The notes beneath the pieces were generated by a model. The model had not been told where the DNA came from. It ran no database searches and saw only the letters and a program-made list of their open reading frames with translations. Shown piece by piece: positions 25,873-39,671 of a DNA stretch of 64,000 nucleotides (positions within the stretch are counted from its first letter, which is position 1; each line of letters starts with the position of its first letter). This stretch comes from Schmidtea polychroa (lineage: Eukaryota): assembly GCA_044892525.1 (NCBI GenBank), contig CM097885.1, positions 25,484,001 to 25,548,000 of the forward strand, in the 5' to 3' direction. The translations under genes and the position numbers were made by a program.

Positions 25873-28800
25873 CCGTTCATGGTTGATATATTCAACTATA
25901 AAAGATGCGTTTTTGTTTTTGCTGCAAGTTATTTAACAAAAACAGCTTGTCAATCCTAGAAAAATCAGGATCATAAGACTGGAAAAATATTGGAGCAATT
26001 CTATCTTCACGTGAAAGGAATACTTTCCATTTAGACAACTTTCAGACGTGGAAAGAACTTGATGTGTGTATATCCAAAGAAAAAAAAATTGATAATATTA
26101 ACCAGCAGAATATCAAAGAAGAAGAACAATATTGGCGGCAAATTTTGGAACGTTTGATCACTTTTATCAGAGTACTTGCCACTCAAAACTTAGCATTTCG
26201 GGGAACAATTGAAAAGTTGTACAATAACAACAACGGTAATTTTTTGAAGTTTGTAGAAAATCTAGCCCTCTTTGACTTTGTAATGAACGAACATTTGTGC
26301 AGAGTCATAAATCAAGATATTATGGTACATTATCTGGGGAAAGATATTCAAAATGAACTTATGCAGATCCTAGCAGGAGCTATTAAAAATAAAATTTTGT
26401 CACTTGTATAATCGGCAAAGTATTACTCAATTATTTTGGATTGCACACCAGACATTAGTCATATTGAACAGATGACTATGATTATACGTTTTGCTGATAT
26501 TATCAAATCGTTAGGTAGTGAGATATTCAAGCCTGCAGTAATAATAAGAGAACATTTCCTAGTATTTGTTCCATTAGAAGAAACTACTGGGGCATTCATA
26601 ACTGAAACTTTGATTAAAAAGCTTGAGCAAATTGAATTACAAATTGAAAATCTCCGTGGGCAAGGGTATGATAATGGAAGTAATATGAAAGGAAAAGAAA
26701 AAGGTGTACAATGCAGAATTCTACACATAAACCCGCGAGTCTTTTTTATTCCCTGCAATGCACATTCTTTAAACTTAGTTGTCAATGATGCCTCTAAATG
26801 TTGCCTAGAAGCGACTAATTTCTTCACTTTAGTTCAACAGATTTATAATTACTTTTCTGCATCGACTCAACGTTGCCATGTGTTTACTAGCCATATCGTG
26901 AATTTAACAGTTAAACCATTTAGCGAGACAAGATGGGAAAGTAGGATTGATGCTTTGAAGCCTATAAGGTATCAATTTGGTGCAATATATGATGCTTTAA
27001 TGGAGAATTTTGATGACCCAAGACTAAATAATTCACCTGTAAATAATTCCCGAACGGACGCAAAGGCTCTTGCTGATGCAATTTGTAAATTCAAGTTTAT
27101 GGTATCCCTTGTCACATGGTTCAACATTCTTAATGAAGTGAATGTTACAAGCAAAATACTACAGAAAGAGGATTCAGCTATAAATTCAGCTACAAAACAA
27201 CTTGAAGTGACTAAGAATTACCTCTTAAAATGTAAGAGTGATAATGGTTTTGAACAAGTTTTAGTTGATGCTGCCGAGTAGAGTAGAATGGCTATACAGT
27301 CTATTGAAGAGAGGTTCCAACAATTAGAACAACATGATATTTTATTTGGCTTCCTTTATGATATATCCAATATCAACAAAAAGACATTTGCGGTTATACT
27401 TACTGATTGCAAACATTTAGAAACGTCTTTGACGCATACAGATAATAAAGATATTGATGCCTATGATTTTTGTAATGAGCTTCAAGTAGAAGCTCAAAGG
27501 CTTCCAAAGCCTATGTCACCATCAGATGTGCTTCTCTGTATAGTACAACAAAAATTTGAAGATTGTATACCAAATGTTGTTGTTTCGTTGAGAATATTAT
27601 TAACACTTGCAGTGTCTGTGGCTAGTGGAGAACGCAGTTTTTCAAAATTGAAATTAATTAAAAGTTACTTGCGTTCAACTATGTCGCAAAGCAGACTTGT
27701 GGACTTAGCAACAATTTCAATAGAATGTGATTACGCTTCGACACTGGAATTGAAGGAATTAGTAGAAACGTTTGCGAGGAAGGCAAGAAAAATTAAATTT
27801 TAATTTTGTAACGTTTATGCAATTGATAATAAATTAATCTCACTTTAAATTTATTGTTTTCTTATATATATTTATTTTTTTATTAATTTGTGTGAAAAGG
27901 GGCGTTTTAACAAGTTTTGCCTAGAGCGATAAATAAGCTGGCGCCGGCCCTGGGTTTATAGGTTTATTGGCGCCATTTCTGTGGATCGATAAAAACCAAT
28001 AAGTTGACTTAGATATTTTTCAAAAAAATTTGTTTTATATATAAGAATTTATTCCTATAATAAAGTGATGTGACCTTCAATTATTAAGTACTATAAGTTG
28101 ATTTACATATTTTTCAAAATTTTTCTTAGTATTTTTCGTTGACCTACATATTTATTTCTTATGCTTTTGTTCATTGTCTCCAATTTATTTCTATAATATA
28201 ATTTTATCTGTGTTTGATAATATATGAAAGTTGTTATATTATGACATTTGATGATGATGGTATGTATTTTGTTGTGATGCTTAGCTTATTGTGTTTTGTA
28301 ACTAACAATCAATTGCATGTGTGTGTTTGAAGAGTTTGTAGTTTCCAGTAGAAGTCTCCTTTAAAATCTGTTTCGGGACTGCTGGGGTGTATGTGTGTTG
28401 TGTAAAATATATGCAAATAATAAAACTATAGAATTATAAAATAACCGACAATAATAATAATAAAACCTTTATTGAAATAAAATGTTGGCATATAGTTCTG
28501 GATATTGTGGTTTATCTATAATATAATTGATATTAGGATTTTCTTTATGGATATAAAATGTTTGAATTTTCTTTGATAAAATTCTTCTTGAAAACCAATA
28601 AGTAAAACCTTCAGAGTGGCTCGAGTGTAAATTATCCAAAACGTTGGAATATTGAATGATGAGAATTTTGGAAATAATTTTATTGTTAGTTTAATTTTTT
28701 TATTGATTATTTTTTTTATTTGAAATTTGTGATTTGTAATTCTATGTAGTAGCAATTTACTATACGGAAATACACTATATAGTTTTTTTAATTTTTTTTA

Positions 28801-29652
28801 TATAATAAACATAATAATAACAAAAATAATAATACTCTACAAATCTTAATTACAATTTCATTCAAAATGATAATAATAAAAATAACAACAAATTACAGTA
28901 TGCATTGTTTCATCATGTGTTAAGCATACGATTATAATTCTATAATAATTCTATAATATGAAAATATATGTACTTAATTCGATATTCAAAATGTTTTAAG
29001 ATATTGATGCCTCAGTAATTGACAATAGACGTCATATGCTTCAGGAAAACTATCGGCGTGGTATTTGATTCGGGAGATTATACCACATACTGTATCAACT
29101 TATGAATGTTATGCATTGCCTCATGCGATTTGCAGAATGGATTTGACTGCGAGAGATTTGACAGATTATTTGATGAAAATTAAACTAGTTCATGTTCATA
29201 AATCATTAAATAAAATTAATTAATTGTTCATAGGTTTTTTCGTAACTTCATTATAATATGCAAATGTTGTTAATTAAAAGTTTCATTTTTTATAAAGAGT
29301 CCTTATTTATGAACTACATAAAATAATTTAAATAACAATTGAACCTAACAAATTGTTTATAATTCTTAATCATGTGGTAATATAAAAATATAAATACGTT
29401 GTCAATTTTATTTTTAGAAATATCCTTTACATTTGATCACGTAAATTATTAATGAAATATTTTAATTATAAAAACGAATTTTTATTATCCTCCTTTCTTT
29501 TTATAGCCCGAAATAATATTAGATAATATTTTTGCAATTAAGTATAGGAGTGGCTCTTTATAAAGAAAATAGGCTAAGAATTCAGATGAGTTAAAACAAA
29601 AACCAAGAAATTAATTATCAATTAGATTAATCTAAAATAATATCCCATAGAA

Positions 29653-30323
29653 TAGTGGTTCCTAACCTTTATAATACTGCTACCCCTGTAACCTGTTAGG
29701 AAATCAAATTTTACCCCAATTTTAAAATGTTATAAAAACACTGAATGCAAGCGAATTCTAATGTTTATTAATTACAAAGTTGTCATTACCCAGCAGTTAG
29801 TCAGAAAACTGGTTACATTGTGGCTACATAAAACCACAACAATATTACGAAATTTTAACTATGAATTAGTAATAATAATCAGTGTGAGGTTTGAAATTGT
29901 TTTGCGTTTACAAGTTTTTTCATGTTAGGTTTAGTGTAACTTAAAGCACATCTCATGTCATGTTCCACATTGAGAGGGTTTCTGGCCTTTGTTTTCAATG
30001 AAACTAAAGTTGAAAAACCACTCTCGCATCTGTAAGTGGTGGCAAAAGGTACTATCGTTTTTAAAGCTCTGTTAGCTATAACAGGATATTCGGCACCTGC
30101 TTTAATCCAAAATCTGCTGAGATCATACATTTGATCTCAGTTCGGACAGGTTTATACATGTCGAGTATTTGTTTCGAGCGCGGAGGATTCCGCATGCGTG
30201 ATGCGCCGGTGACTCAGGATTCAGCCTTCGGTTAACAAATTGTTCTCTGTTACCCCTGAAGAATAGTTTGTTTACCCCCCCCCCCCCCGGGGGGGGTAAT
30301 TACCCCTAGGTTCGGAACCCCTG
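29653..30323 (-). mobile_element. Internally deleted Buster-type hAT (671 bp)
   Basis: TIRs TAGTGGTTCCTAACC and GGTTCGGAACCCCTG; perfect TSD CCATAGAA. Retains the transposase C-terminus at 29879-30130 (PFATTYRCESGFS..QFQTSH). Confidence 0.9.
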
Positions 30324-30489
30324 CCATAGAAAGACTTACTTATCTGTAAAATAGTTAAATAAATAATTATTGTGAAGAATAGTCTTTGTATGATTTCTGA
30401 ATCAGAATTGTGTTGAATCTATATTGTAAATATGTTTCAATATTGTTGTTTCTTAGTTATTAAATATGAAACACTTATGAAACACTCAT

Positions 30490-31075
30490 CAATCACTTTT
30501 TTTGATTTGCAAAAAAATCTAACACAGCTGTTGAAACTTGAAGCTCTTCCTAAGCTCATTGCCCCTGACTTCTAATCGGTAAAGTAAACTGCACCAAGTC
30601 TGCACCTGGTATTTTATTATCAATCCAGTTTGGGACATTTTCAGTCTATTGGCTTTTCATACTCCATACGCTAATTTTCTTAATTCTTGTATTTAAACCA
30701 AAATAAGTATTTGATATTTGCAGCAAATTATTAACAAGCTCATTTTCTGCATCAACCGAAAATACCTTCCGATTGTGTACATAGCAAAATGTATTAAAAG
30801 GACCTCAACATTGGTAAATATGTTTTCTTCTTTATATCTACTTAATGTACGATAATTTATTTTAAACTCTTTAGCTGTTTGACGAATTCAAATATTTTCT
30901 ATTTTACCTTTACTTACTGTTTCTTACTAAATTTCTTAACGACTAGTACTCTTTTTTAAATTCCTTACCATTTTATGGAGTGGAGTTATTTTCTAAAATG
31001 AAATGTAACCCACTAACTATATAGTTTTTACAAATGGAACAACTAGTCCCACGTATGCTGTGACAACCGACTATT
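30490..31075 (-). mobile_element. pogo/Jerky-like transposase N-terminal relic (Psq-HTH plus CENP-B HTH)
   Basis: Decayed reading MVRN..IRQTAKEFKINYRTLSRY...RKVFSVDAENELV..YFGL; upstream GTTGTCACA/CTAGTTGTTCCA subterminal-like repeats. Confidence 0.55.
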
Positions 31076-34000
31076 TGAAAACACGCAGCATGTTTTATTT
31101 CCAGAAAGCTATCAAATGAAATCTTTAATTCTGAGTTGATAATTTACTATTAATATTAATATATCAAAATTTAAAAAAATATAAAAATACTCACTCAGGA
31201 CCGAAAAAGTTAATGAGCTGTAAATATTTTTTGACATTCAACAAGGTTTCGGTGGACAGAAAGAAATCTAACCTAACATTGGAAACATATGCATGCACAA
31301 CGAACTACTTGATCAAAGCACATGCAGTAATGCTGGTCTAGTACCAAAGTGTTTTAGAAATTGTTTAAATGCGTCTAAAATATATACACACGCACCGCAC
31401 AACATTCAATTATATTTCGCGATTATATATCAATAAAACCAAAGTGATTAAGGCACAATAAGGAAAATAATAAAACACATGTAAATAAAATAAAAAACGC
31501 AAGAATTTGCAAACATCTATATAAAATGAAGATTAATAATATTCTCATAATTTGATGATTTTTTTTTAAAATTGTTGAGGATATCTAAATAACAAAAAGT
31601 AAATGATGTTTCAAAATGAATAAAAATTATCGAGAGAAAATAGCTATAATAAATAATGCCATGCTCTCAAGTTCGGGGAAAATGAAAGAAGTGAAAAAAT
31701 TGGAAAAAATAAAATTTATAGCAAAAAATCAATGAAATCAAACAATGGAATGCTACAAATTCGTTTGCAATTAATAACTGCAAATGAAAATGAGGAGAAC
31801 GAAAACAATTTGGGATTGGGAATCCCTTATCTTAAGAGTTGATACGAGATAATAAATAAATCACTAGAACAGTCGGAATAATAAAAAAGGAAGAAAACGA
31901 AATAGAATGATATATCTCTTTAGATGTCAGACATAATGAGGGAATTAGGAATGTCCAAATAAATATGCTGGAAAACAAGAGAATTATCTATAAGTGTCAG
32001 GAAATGCCAAGGTATAAAAGAAAGACAATAATTTAGAAGTACCGAAGAAAATTTATTGGAGAGACAGAATTAGAGAGGAGATTATAAAAGACCGAATATT
32101 GCGAATTTGAAGAGAGAAGAGGTGAAATTAAAACCGTATTTAAGAAAGGATAAAAAAATATCCAAAAGAGTAACAGAAAAAGAAATATAATTGTTAAATT
32201 AATAATCTAACTAACAACCAGATTTGTTGCAACAAATTGTTAAAGTAATAAGTCAAGGAACGAAAGTACCGGATGAATTATGTGAGGTGTCAGTCACTAG
32301 CACCATTTAAGTAGTCGTACAAGTAAAATATCCCCAAAGTGCTATTCTTCCCGAATACGTTTGAGTGGCATTGAGTAACTGGTATCATTGTAATTGTTGT
32401 AACCATTTGTGGTATTTAATAAAGTTATATTGTTCAGAATTCGTTATTGTTGTTAAATAAAACACTCTAAGAGTCAGATAGTAGTTATTGATTTGACAAC
32501 AGACCCCAACAAAATCCACCATTTTAAATTTGAAATCAATCATGGTGAACGAATGACAAAGTAAAAAGAGCAAACAATTATGGTTGCAATAACATAAGTG
32601 AGACCATCATTAGAGAGAAATATAATTAATTTTGGCTTTAACTAACATATGAAAGAGCCATAATTAAATCTGCCATGAAAGATAGAAAATAATTCAAAAT
32701 AATAATTAGTAAAATATTATGGTATTAATTTTCTTTCGAAAATACCGTAATAAATAAAAAATTAATTAAATTAAAATAGATGCGTAAAAACAGGTTCTCA
32801 GTCTCCCAGTGAATACCCAAGTTTCCAAATTTTACTAATATGGGTGACTATTGGCTAAGCTTTTGTCAAACATTTTATGATCAAGTGGTAGCTGAATTTG
32901 CGTGTAATGGTAATTGCAAGCAAATATGTTCTAAGCAATAAATGTTCAATATATTTTTATTTTGTTTTTAATTGATATTTCTAATGCTCATTGGCTCTGG
33001 AGTTGATAGTCAAACATCCCAAAATTTTTATGAGATCCGGCCGAGAGTACGGGCTTCTTGGGCTAAGTACTGCAAAATTTCCAGTCAGTGACGTTCGACT
33101 GATTGAACCCGTAGTACAGACCGCCTTTACGATCAGGGGAAATTTTGTTCGTAAAGTTTTAGGTTTCTGAGGAAGGACAATTCGAGCACTCAGCGGATTT
33201 TAACGAGTTCGGCTAAAGTGTCGAGTGGTGTAGGTAAGTTAAAATCAGCGAAGCAAAGCTAGAAGGTTATTAATAAATTAGTTTTAATGATGACTTTGGA
33301 AAATGTTTTTACAAATATACAATGATAGGAAATTTTCCGAAAATATAGGCAGGATCCTGCTCAAAAACTTAAAGGAGATTAAAAATTTAGTCGAATTTAT
33401 GAAAGTCGGTAAAACCTAACCGAATATATAACAGGTCAAGAAATAAATAATAAGAATAAGGACATTGATTAACACCCAATAATGAGAACCATGTAAAAAT
33501 AGCATCAAAAGAGTAATAAATCCTGCAATGAATTGAGAACCTTCCATCAGCAGTCATGAACCCGAAAGTGAAAATACAATGAGAAGTAGTTCAAGTAATG
33601 GAGCTCTTCTGCTAATCGATTTTCACCCACTGTGTAAATTACAAGACATGGTAGTTGTCATGGGTACACGGGTGGCAGAAAGGTAATAGTCATGAAGGCG
33701 TTAACAGAGGAATTGACGATAAATCTATCAGTGACCCAAGGACATTTTAACAACATACCCTTTAAGCGTCTGTACCGACGAACATTATACAAATGAGTAA
33801 TAAACATTTTTAACACCTTATCTAAATAACAAACAGCCCTTGTTTCCCTAATAATCATCAAAATAAAATAGGTCAAAGATGAAGAAAAATAAATGATTTT
33901 ATTGTTTATTATTTTTGTCTTTTTAAAATAAAAATTAATGAATAATTATTGAAGAAAAACTGATTAAAACATGTATCGTAAGCCCTCCTTTAAAAAGCAA

Positions 34001-36086
34001 TTTTTAAAATTTATATTATTATGACAATTTCTCTTGTAATTATTATAGGAAAATTAAAGAAAATTAATTTAAGTTATTTTTTCTAATCTTTAATCCAATG
34101 GTTGGTTGTTTAAACTTTGTTAAATTTTAAAATTTTATTTGCAAATGGAATAAGTTTGTTTTTTTTGTGATCAGTTTGAATTTTTAATAATAGAATAAAT
34201 CGAAATGATATTATTGTTAAATTCAATATCATTTTTGATTTTTAATGGATTCTCTAATACTAAGTTATAGAAACTGCTATTATAAAGGTTAGTAATTTTT
34301 GAAACTGTTAATGTTCTATATTGGCATATTTTGTAATATATAATAAGCATATTTTTAAATTTTATTAATAAATAAGTTTTTCAAAAAGTTTTTATAAAGG
34401 TTAGCAATTTTGTTAATTTAAGTTGAATTAAGACCAATTATATTTTCCAGTTTATATTTTTTAGCCTTTCAGTTTAACTTAAAAATCGGTTAGACTATGT
34501 GATGTGTACTATGGTTATATGTAGAAAGAAGTAGTTTTATCTGACGATGGTAGAAAAATGTTCACCTTGATTAATCGATCTTGAGTATTTTATAATTTAA
34601 TATATAATATTCACTACATGAAGTCTATTATTATTCTCAATGTTATACTATCATCTAGAGATCATTTTTCCAATGCCTCCTCTATTTCAGTACTCAATTC
34701 TTTTTGTCTAACCGCTTCGACAAATCTTGCCACTACAAAAATGTTAAACTAGCTTCAGTTTTTTCTATCTGGGCTTCTTGCAGTTTTGACTGAACTTATA
34801 ATTTTGGTTTTGTCTTACGAAGTGATTCAAGTTCTTCTGTGTAGTAGCTATTTATAACTGTTACAAAGTAATAACAGGCACAGAAATTGTCAGATACGGA
34901 GAAAATTATTAAAGCCCAAGATGTATTTCAGACATATTTGCATCCAAGGTTTGTTATTGATCTTGGTGGTTTTTGGGTCTAATTGTGTAGTCAGTAATCT
35001 GGACAAACAGACAAACGGACATTCATTCACAACTATATATTATATTTTTGGCTGATTATCTAATTATTATTTGCTTTTAAATACTAGTCAATACAATTAG
35101 TGTATAATTTCCTGATTTATGCTACTCTAACCCTCTGATCGCAATTCATATCCATCAGATGATATTATTTTTAAAGTCCCGGTTCGCAAAATGTAATTTA
35201 TATATTTAAAAACATGAACTGAACATTTTTATGAACGCCCCCCCCCCTCAAATCATACAGTCATTACCCATTACCTAGGTATACCAAATTAGTTTATTTT
35301 AATATATATTTAATGCATAATGTATTGGAAAATATAGATTGTAAGTTTTCATAAACGATCCCCCCTTTTGTGGTAACCTGAAAAAATACAAACTTACCTT
35401 TGTTAATATTATTATCATTATCAATATTATTATTATTATTATTATTATGATTCATAGTAATAACATTATTACCGTTAGTATTACCCCTCTCATTATTATT
35501 ATTTCTATTAGCATTATTATTATTACCATAATTTTATTCCAGTATTATTAAAATATTATATTTATTTTATACAACTAAAATTACAAAACAAATTATCGAT
35601 TTTAGGATTCCCCTTATTGTCGAGATTGGGGTTAGCGTACTTGATCCAATGAAAATCATCCAAATTATTAAAATCTATTTTTGGTAACACACACACCCCC
35701 CGCGAGAAACGATAGTAATAGCAATAATTTAAACCAAAATTACATATAGGTATGTGTGTGTGTGTGTGGATATAAAGGTATAAAATAATGTTTCCCCGAA
35801 TAAACTCCAAGATGTGCATTAACCATAACTCTAAGGTAATAGAATAAAAATACAATGGTGTATTAAAGTCATTGGTTATGTGCGTTTTTTGGCTTTGACA
35901 TTTGGATTGATTTGTGTGCGCCCACGGACGCGGACAATTGTCGAGTTTAATAATCGAATTTTTTTGTAAGTCAGATTTTGATATTTTCTTTAGCTGGAAA
36001 TTTTATGTGAATTTGTCAAGTTTGTTTTTTAAAGATTGGGAGTTTCTGGAAGTGTTTTTGAAAATAAATTTTTGTAAATTTCTTTA

Positions 36087-36655
36087 ATGGCTACGATTAA
36101 TACAGATAATTACTATTATCATAAATGCAACAAGGACGTTCACATATCTCAGGATGGTAAATGTGTGACGTGCAATGATGGATTTATTGAAAGAATTGAA
36201 TCTGATAACTCAATGGAAAGTGATGATGATGCCTTGAATGTTTTTCATATTATTCGTCATATTCCTGGTGGAAGTACTACAAACGAAACTGATGGTTCTT
36301 TTTTTATTACTCCAAGAGATCCTGATAACAGAAATAGTGTTTTTGGCCAACTAATATCAAATTTATTTGCTGGATTGCTACCTCTAGATTTTAGATCAGA
36401 TTCGTCATATTACATATTTTCAGATCAAAGTTTCGACAATTTTGTAACGAGAATTATGAACCAATTTGAACAGAGTGGTCCTCCAACAGCAAATGAGGCT
36501 GATATTGAGAAATTAGAAGTCAAGAAAATCACCGAAGCTAATGATACAGGTTCCATTTGTCTGTCAGATTATGAGGTGGCCGATGAAGTGTACGAGTTGC
36601 ACTGTCAACATAGAAACCCTGTTCAGTGTCTAAAAACGTGGTTAATTAAACAAGG
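36087..36655 (+). pseudogene. RNF115/RNF126-like E3 ligase (N-terminal zinc ribbon plus RING-H2), degenerate and 3'-truncated
   Basis: YYYHKC..CVTCNDGFIERI, FDNFVTRIMNQFEQSGPPTANEADIEKL and GSICLSDY..LHCQHRNPVQCLKTWL. Several zinc ligands are lost and the final CPxC is replaced by LTR sequence. Intronless. Confidence 0.75.
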
Positions 36656-37422
36656 TGTTTGGGAAAACAATTTCGGTAAGGGACCTGCGTAAATCGGACA
36701 CATGCCTTCTAAAGGTAGTCCGTGGACTCATAGAGTACTCGACAATTATATTGTTGTTGGTGCGCTCACTTTTTGCGAGTACTCACCCACTTGATACAGT
36801 ACCAACGTTGATTACTCAACGGGTATCAAGCGGTAAAACAATGTTGTTTTTTGGGTTACGCTGGTAACAGCACTATAGAATGAACAATTGACCACCATTA
36901 ACCCACCATCTGTCAGAGATAAGTAGGGACAGTGGAAAATGCGGAAGGAAAAAATGGGAAAACAAAATTATCTCAATGTAACGAACTATAAAAGGGTAAG
37001 ATACAGAAACCAGACAGAGTTAGAAAGGAATTAGAAAAGAGTTAGTTAAAAAAGAGTTAAAAAGTTGAATAAAAAGAGTTCAGAATTAAGGAGATATTTG
37101 ATTGGAAGGATAAAGAGAATCTTTGAAATCTAATATAAAGGTGAAAAAGGAGTGAATAATTGTGGTCAAAGCAATCGACTAATGTATTCCTGGGATTAAA
37201 TCGGTCGGCGATTAGTAATTATTATTGTTATTGGAATAATAAGCTCTGGATACTTGTCTATATTAGAATTGATAGGCTGTAATTGCAACTTGTAAAATCT
37301 ATTGTAATTATTAATAAAGGTTATCTTGTTTGAATTTGTAAATTTGTGAATTGATAAAACACGCTTAGAGTCAGACGTAATTTTTGAATTTATAACTCAT
37401 CACCGATCCTATAAACCCAACA
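36656..37422 (+). mobile_element. Solo LTR-like element
   Basis: TGTTTGGG...CCCAACA inverted ends, TATAAAAGG near 36988 and AATAAA near 37068 and 37313. Flanks CAAGG and TTATT do not match. Confidence 0.6.
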
Positions 37423-37496
37423 TTATTTTTCAAATTTTATAAGGATTATCATATATAATATGAATAATTAAATATTTTAACCTACATTATTATGGA

Positions 37497-38126
37497 AAGA
37501 GCCGTGTCTGACCAAAGTCCTTTGCGCTTGAAGCACACAGGCGGCCTAATTGAAATGCGCAACAGCATCATATTCCTTTTTGGGGTCAATTTAACATAAT
37601 AAAAAAGACAAACTTCACTATTTAGTTTTTTATAATTATATAAACAAATATAATTATAGTTGATGAATAGTGGCTCCCTGGGACAATTTTTAAAAAAATT
37701 TTTCAAAGTTATTTAAACTCATTCAAGGTCAAGTTCATATCAAATGAAGCTAAGAAAATGTTTGGTTCATTAACAAAATTTTTGGATAAATCATCAGAAA
37801 TGAGAAATACTTGCAGTAGTCAGTCAAATTCAACTAGTAAATTTGTTTCCGATAAAAATGAAAACGAATTATCGGCTGCAAATGCTGATGACAATATTAG
37901 TAGTGATGAGGAAATAGAAGATTACAAATATTAAGTCCAATTTTAAGGAAATTGATGAAGCATGGAATTAAATGATCCAGCTTGCTGGCCTTTAACACTT
38001 TATTAATAAAATGCTGAATATTTTACAATAATAAAAATTAAAAACTAAGACTTTTTTTCTTATGCCATCTCCGAGACGGCCATATAGACTGGCACACATA
38101 CGGTCATTCACCCAGGAACGGCACTG
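37497..38126 (+). mobile_element. Deleted hAT derivative (ZMYM1-like N-terminus)
   Basis: Ends AAGAGCCG and CGGCACTG with imperfect flanks ATTATGGA/ATTATAAA; relic peptides GSLTKFL and ELNDPACWP. Confidence 0.5.
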
Positions 38127-39671
38127 ATTATAAATATTAATTTGAACTACTTTTATGATATTATTCATATTAATATAAAGTGATGATTTCATGGTAGAAG
38201 CATTAAGTAAATGATAATATAAAAACTTTGCTGCAAACTATATATTGAATAAAATGGGAAAAAATTGATAAAAATTCAATATATACTTTGCAGTTAAATT
38301 ATCATTTATTTGTTTATAGCTATTTAACAATTATAATTAGTTTCTAGATAGTAATATATTATTTTATCTAAATACTTTTATTTTTTATTTTATGATAATA
38401 TATGTTTGTCCTTATGTTAATTGTTTTGTGACAGATAAATTAAAAAAATAAAATATATTAATGTACAAAATAAAAATGTAATTCAAATTGTTTAAACAAA
38501 AGAAGTTTTATACTGAGATGAATTTTCTGCCTTATTCATGTTATAATGAATCAAAATTTTCTTGCACATGCGTAACATAGTTAACATTATTCCGTATCGA
38601 ATGTTGATTATTATTTGTATCAGTAATTATGGTTTTAGAATTTACATCATCTATAAATTTTGTTGTTAACAAGGCGACTAAAATGATTTCATCCATTTGA
38701 ATATTTGTATTCTTAAAATAAGAAATTAACAAATTACATCACGTAATTAAAAAAAATCATCAGTTTTTTTCCATTTTCCTAAATACAATTCTGAATTAAT
38801 CTTTTAAAACAAGAAGTCTCAATTAATCTAAATTTAACTTAATTCCAAATTTGATATCAACAAAAGCTGACCAGAGTTAGGAACACTATAAAGAAAAGCT
38901 TACACGCAAGGCACACGCCAAAGCAAATTTAAGCATTTGATTGGGCGTATACCCTAAAGTAGTTCTATATTCTCGTTTCTATCAAAGTAGAACAGAGCCA
39001 AATATCGTTCAAAAGAAGTAGTTTTGCTATATTGCATTAGAAAAGTAAAATATCGGGGAAAGTTTCTAAAAATTTTAATTCAAGAACGAATTTTTTTAAA
39101 GGAGAAAGACATGTTGAGGATACTTAAATGATAAAATTATATGATTACTAAAGTGAGGAAAAGGTAAAAATTAATGTTATGTTGCTTCAGAATTCTGAGT
39201 AGCAGGAGCGACTCGAAGAAATAAAAAAATGAAAATGAAATAGAAAAGTCTCGATATAATCAAAAAATGAAACATGACCAGGTCGTTTTAAATTAACAAA
39301 CACAAATCTAAGAAGGAACAACAAAATCGAAATTAAATATTCATATCTCGACAACTAGTCCAAATTAATGGATGGAATAAAAGGGAAGTCGGAGATAAAG
39401 AAGATGACAGAATCAAATGAGATTTTTTTTAAACAGTTGTCTGAGAAAACAGAGAAATTAGTCACAGATTTTTTGGAGGCAAAAATAGAAAAACTTAGTT
39501 ATCTCCGAGTGTCAGCAAAGGAAAATCTTATAGAAGAGCGAGATACGAATGTAGTTGGTGAGAAAAAAATTTGAAAAAAATTTTTGTGAAAACTAAATAA
39601 GTTTAACTAAATAATTTTCACCATTTTTGATCATCACCTTGTATTTTTTCCCTCCCATATAATTTATGTAT

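Larger units (their letters stand above)
19192..27803 (+). pseudogene. hAT-A transposase in pieces: 19192-19513, 25878-26411, 26412-27281, 27288-27803
   Basis: Joining across the Gypsy gives EVYRSWLIYS..FCFCCKLF (TTF-type). Also LAFRG, NGNFL, LDCTPDISH, GQGYDNGSNMKG, CNAHSLNL, ETRWESR and SVASGERSFSKLKLIKSYLRSTM (hAT dimerisation). Stops and deletions present. Confidence 0.9.
18575..27952 (+). mobile_element. hAT transposon A (ZMYM1/Tip100-like, TTF zinc finger), interrupted by a Gypsy
   Basis: TIRs CAGAGCCGGCGC and GCGCCGGCCCTG; perfect 8-bp TSD GGTTTATA at 18567-18574 and 27953-27960. Confidence 0.95.

Noticed and set aside
31600..33660. Possible LTR/BEL-type relic (purine-rich region, PBS-like motifs)
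   Set aside because: No paired LTRs, TSD or recognisable domains.
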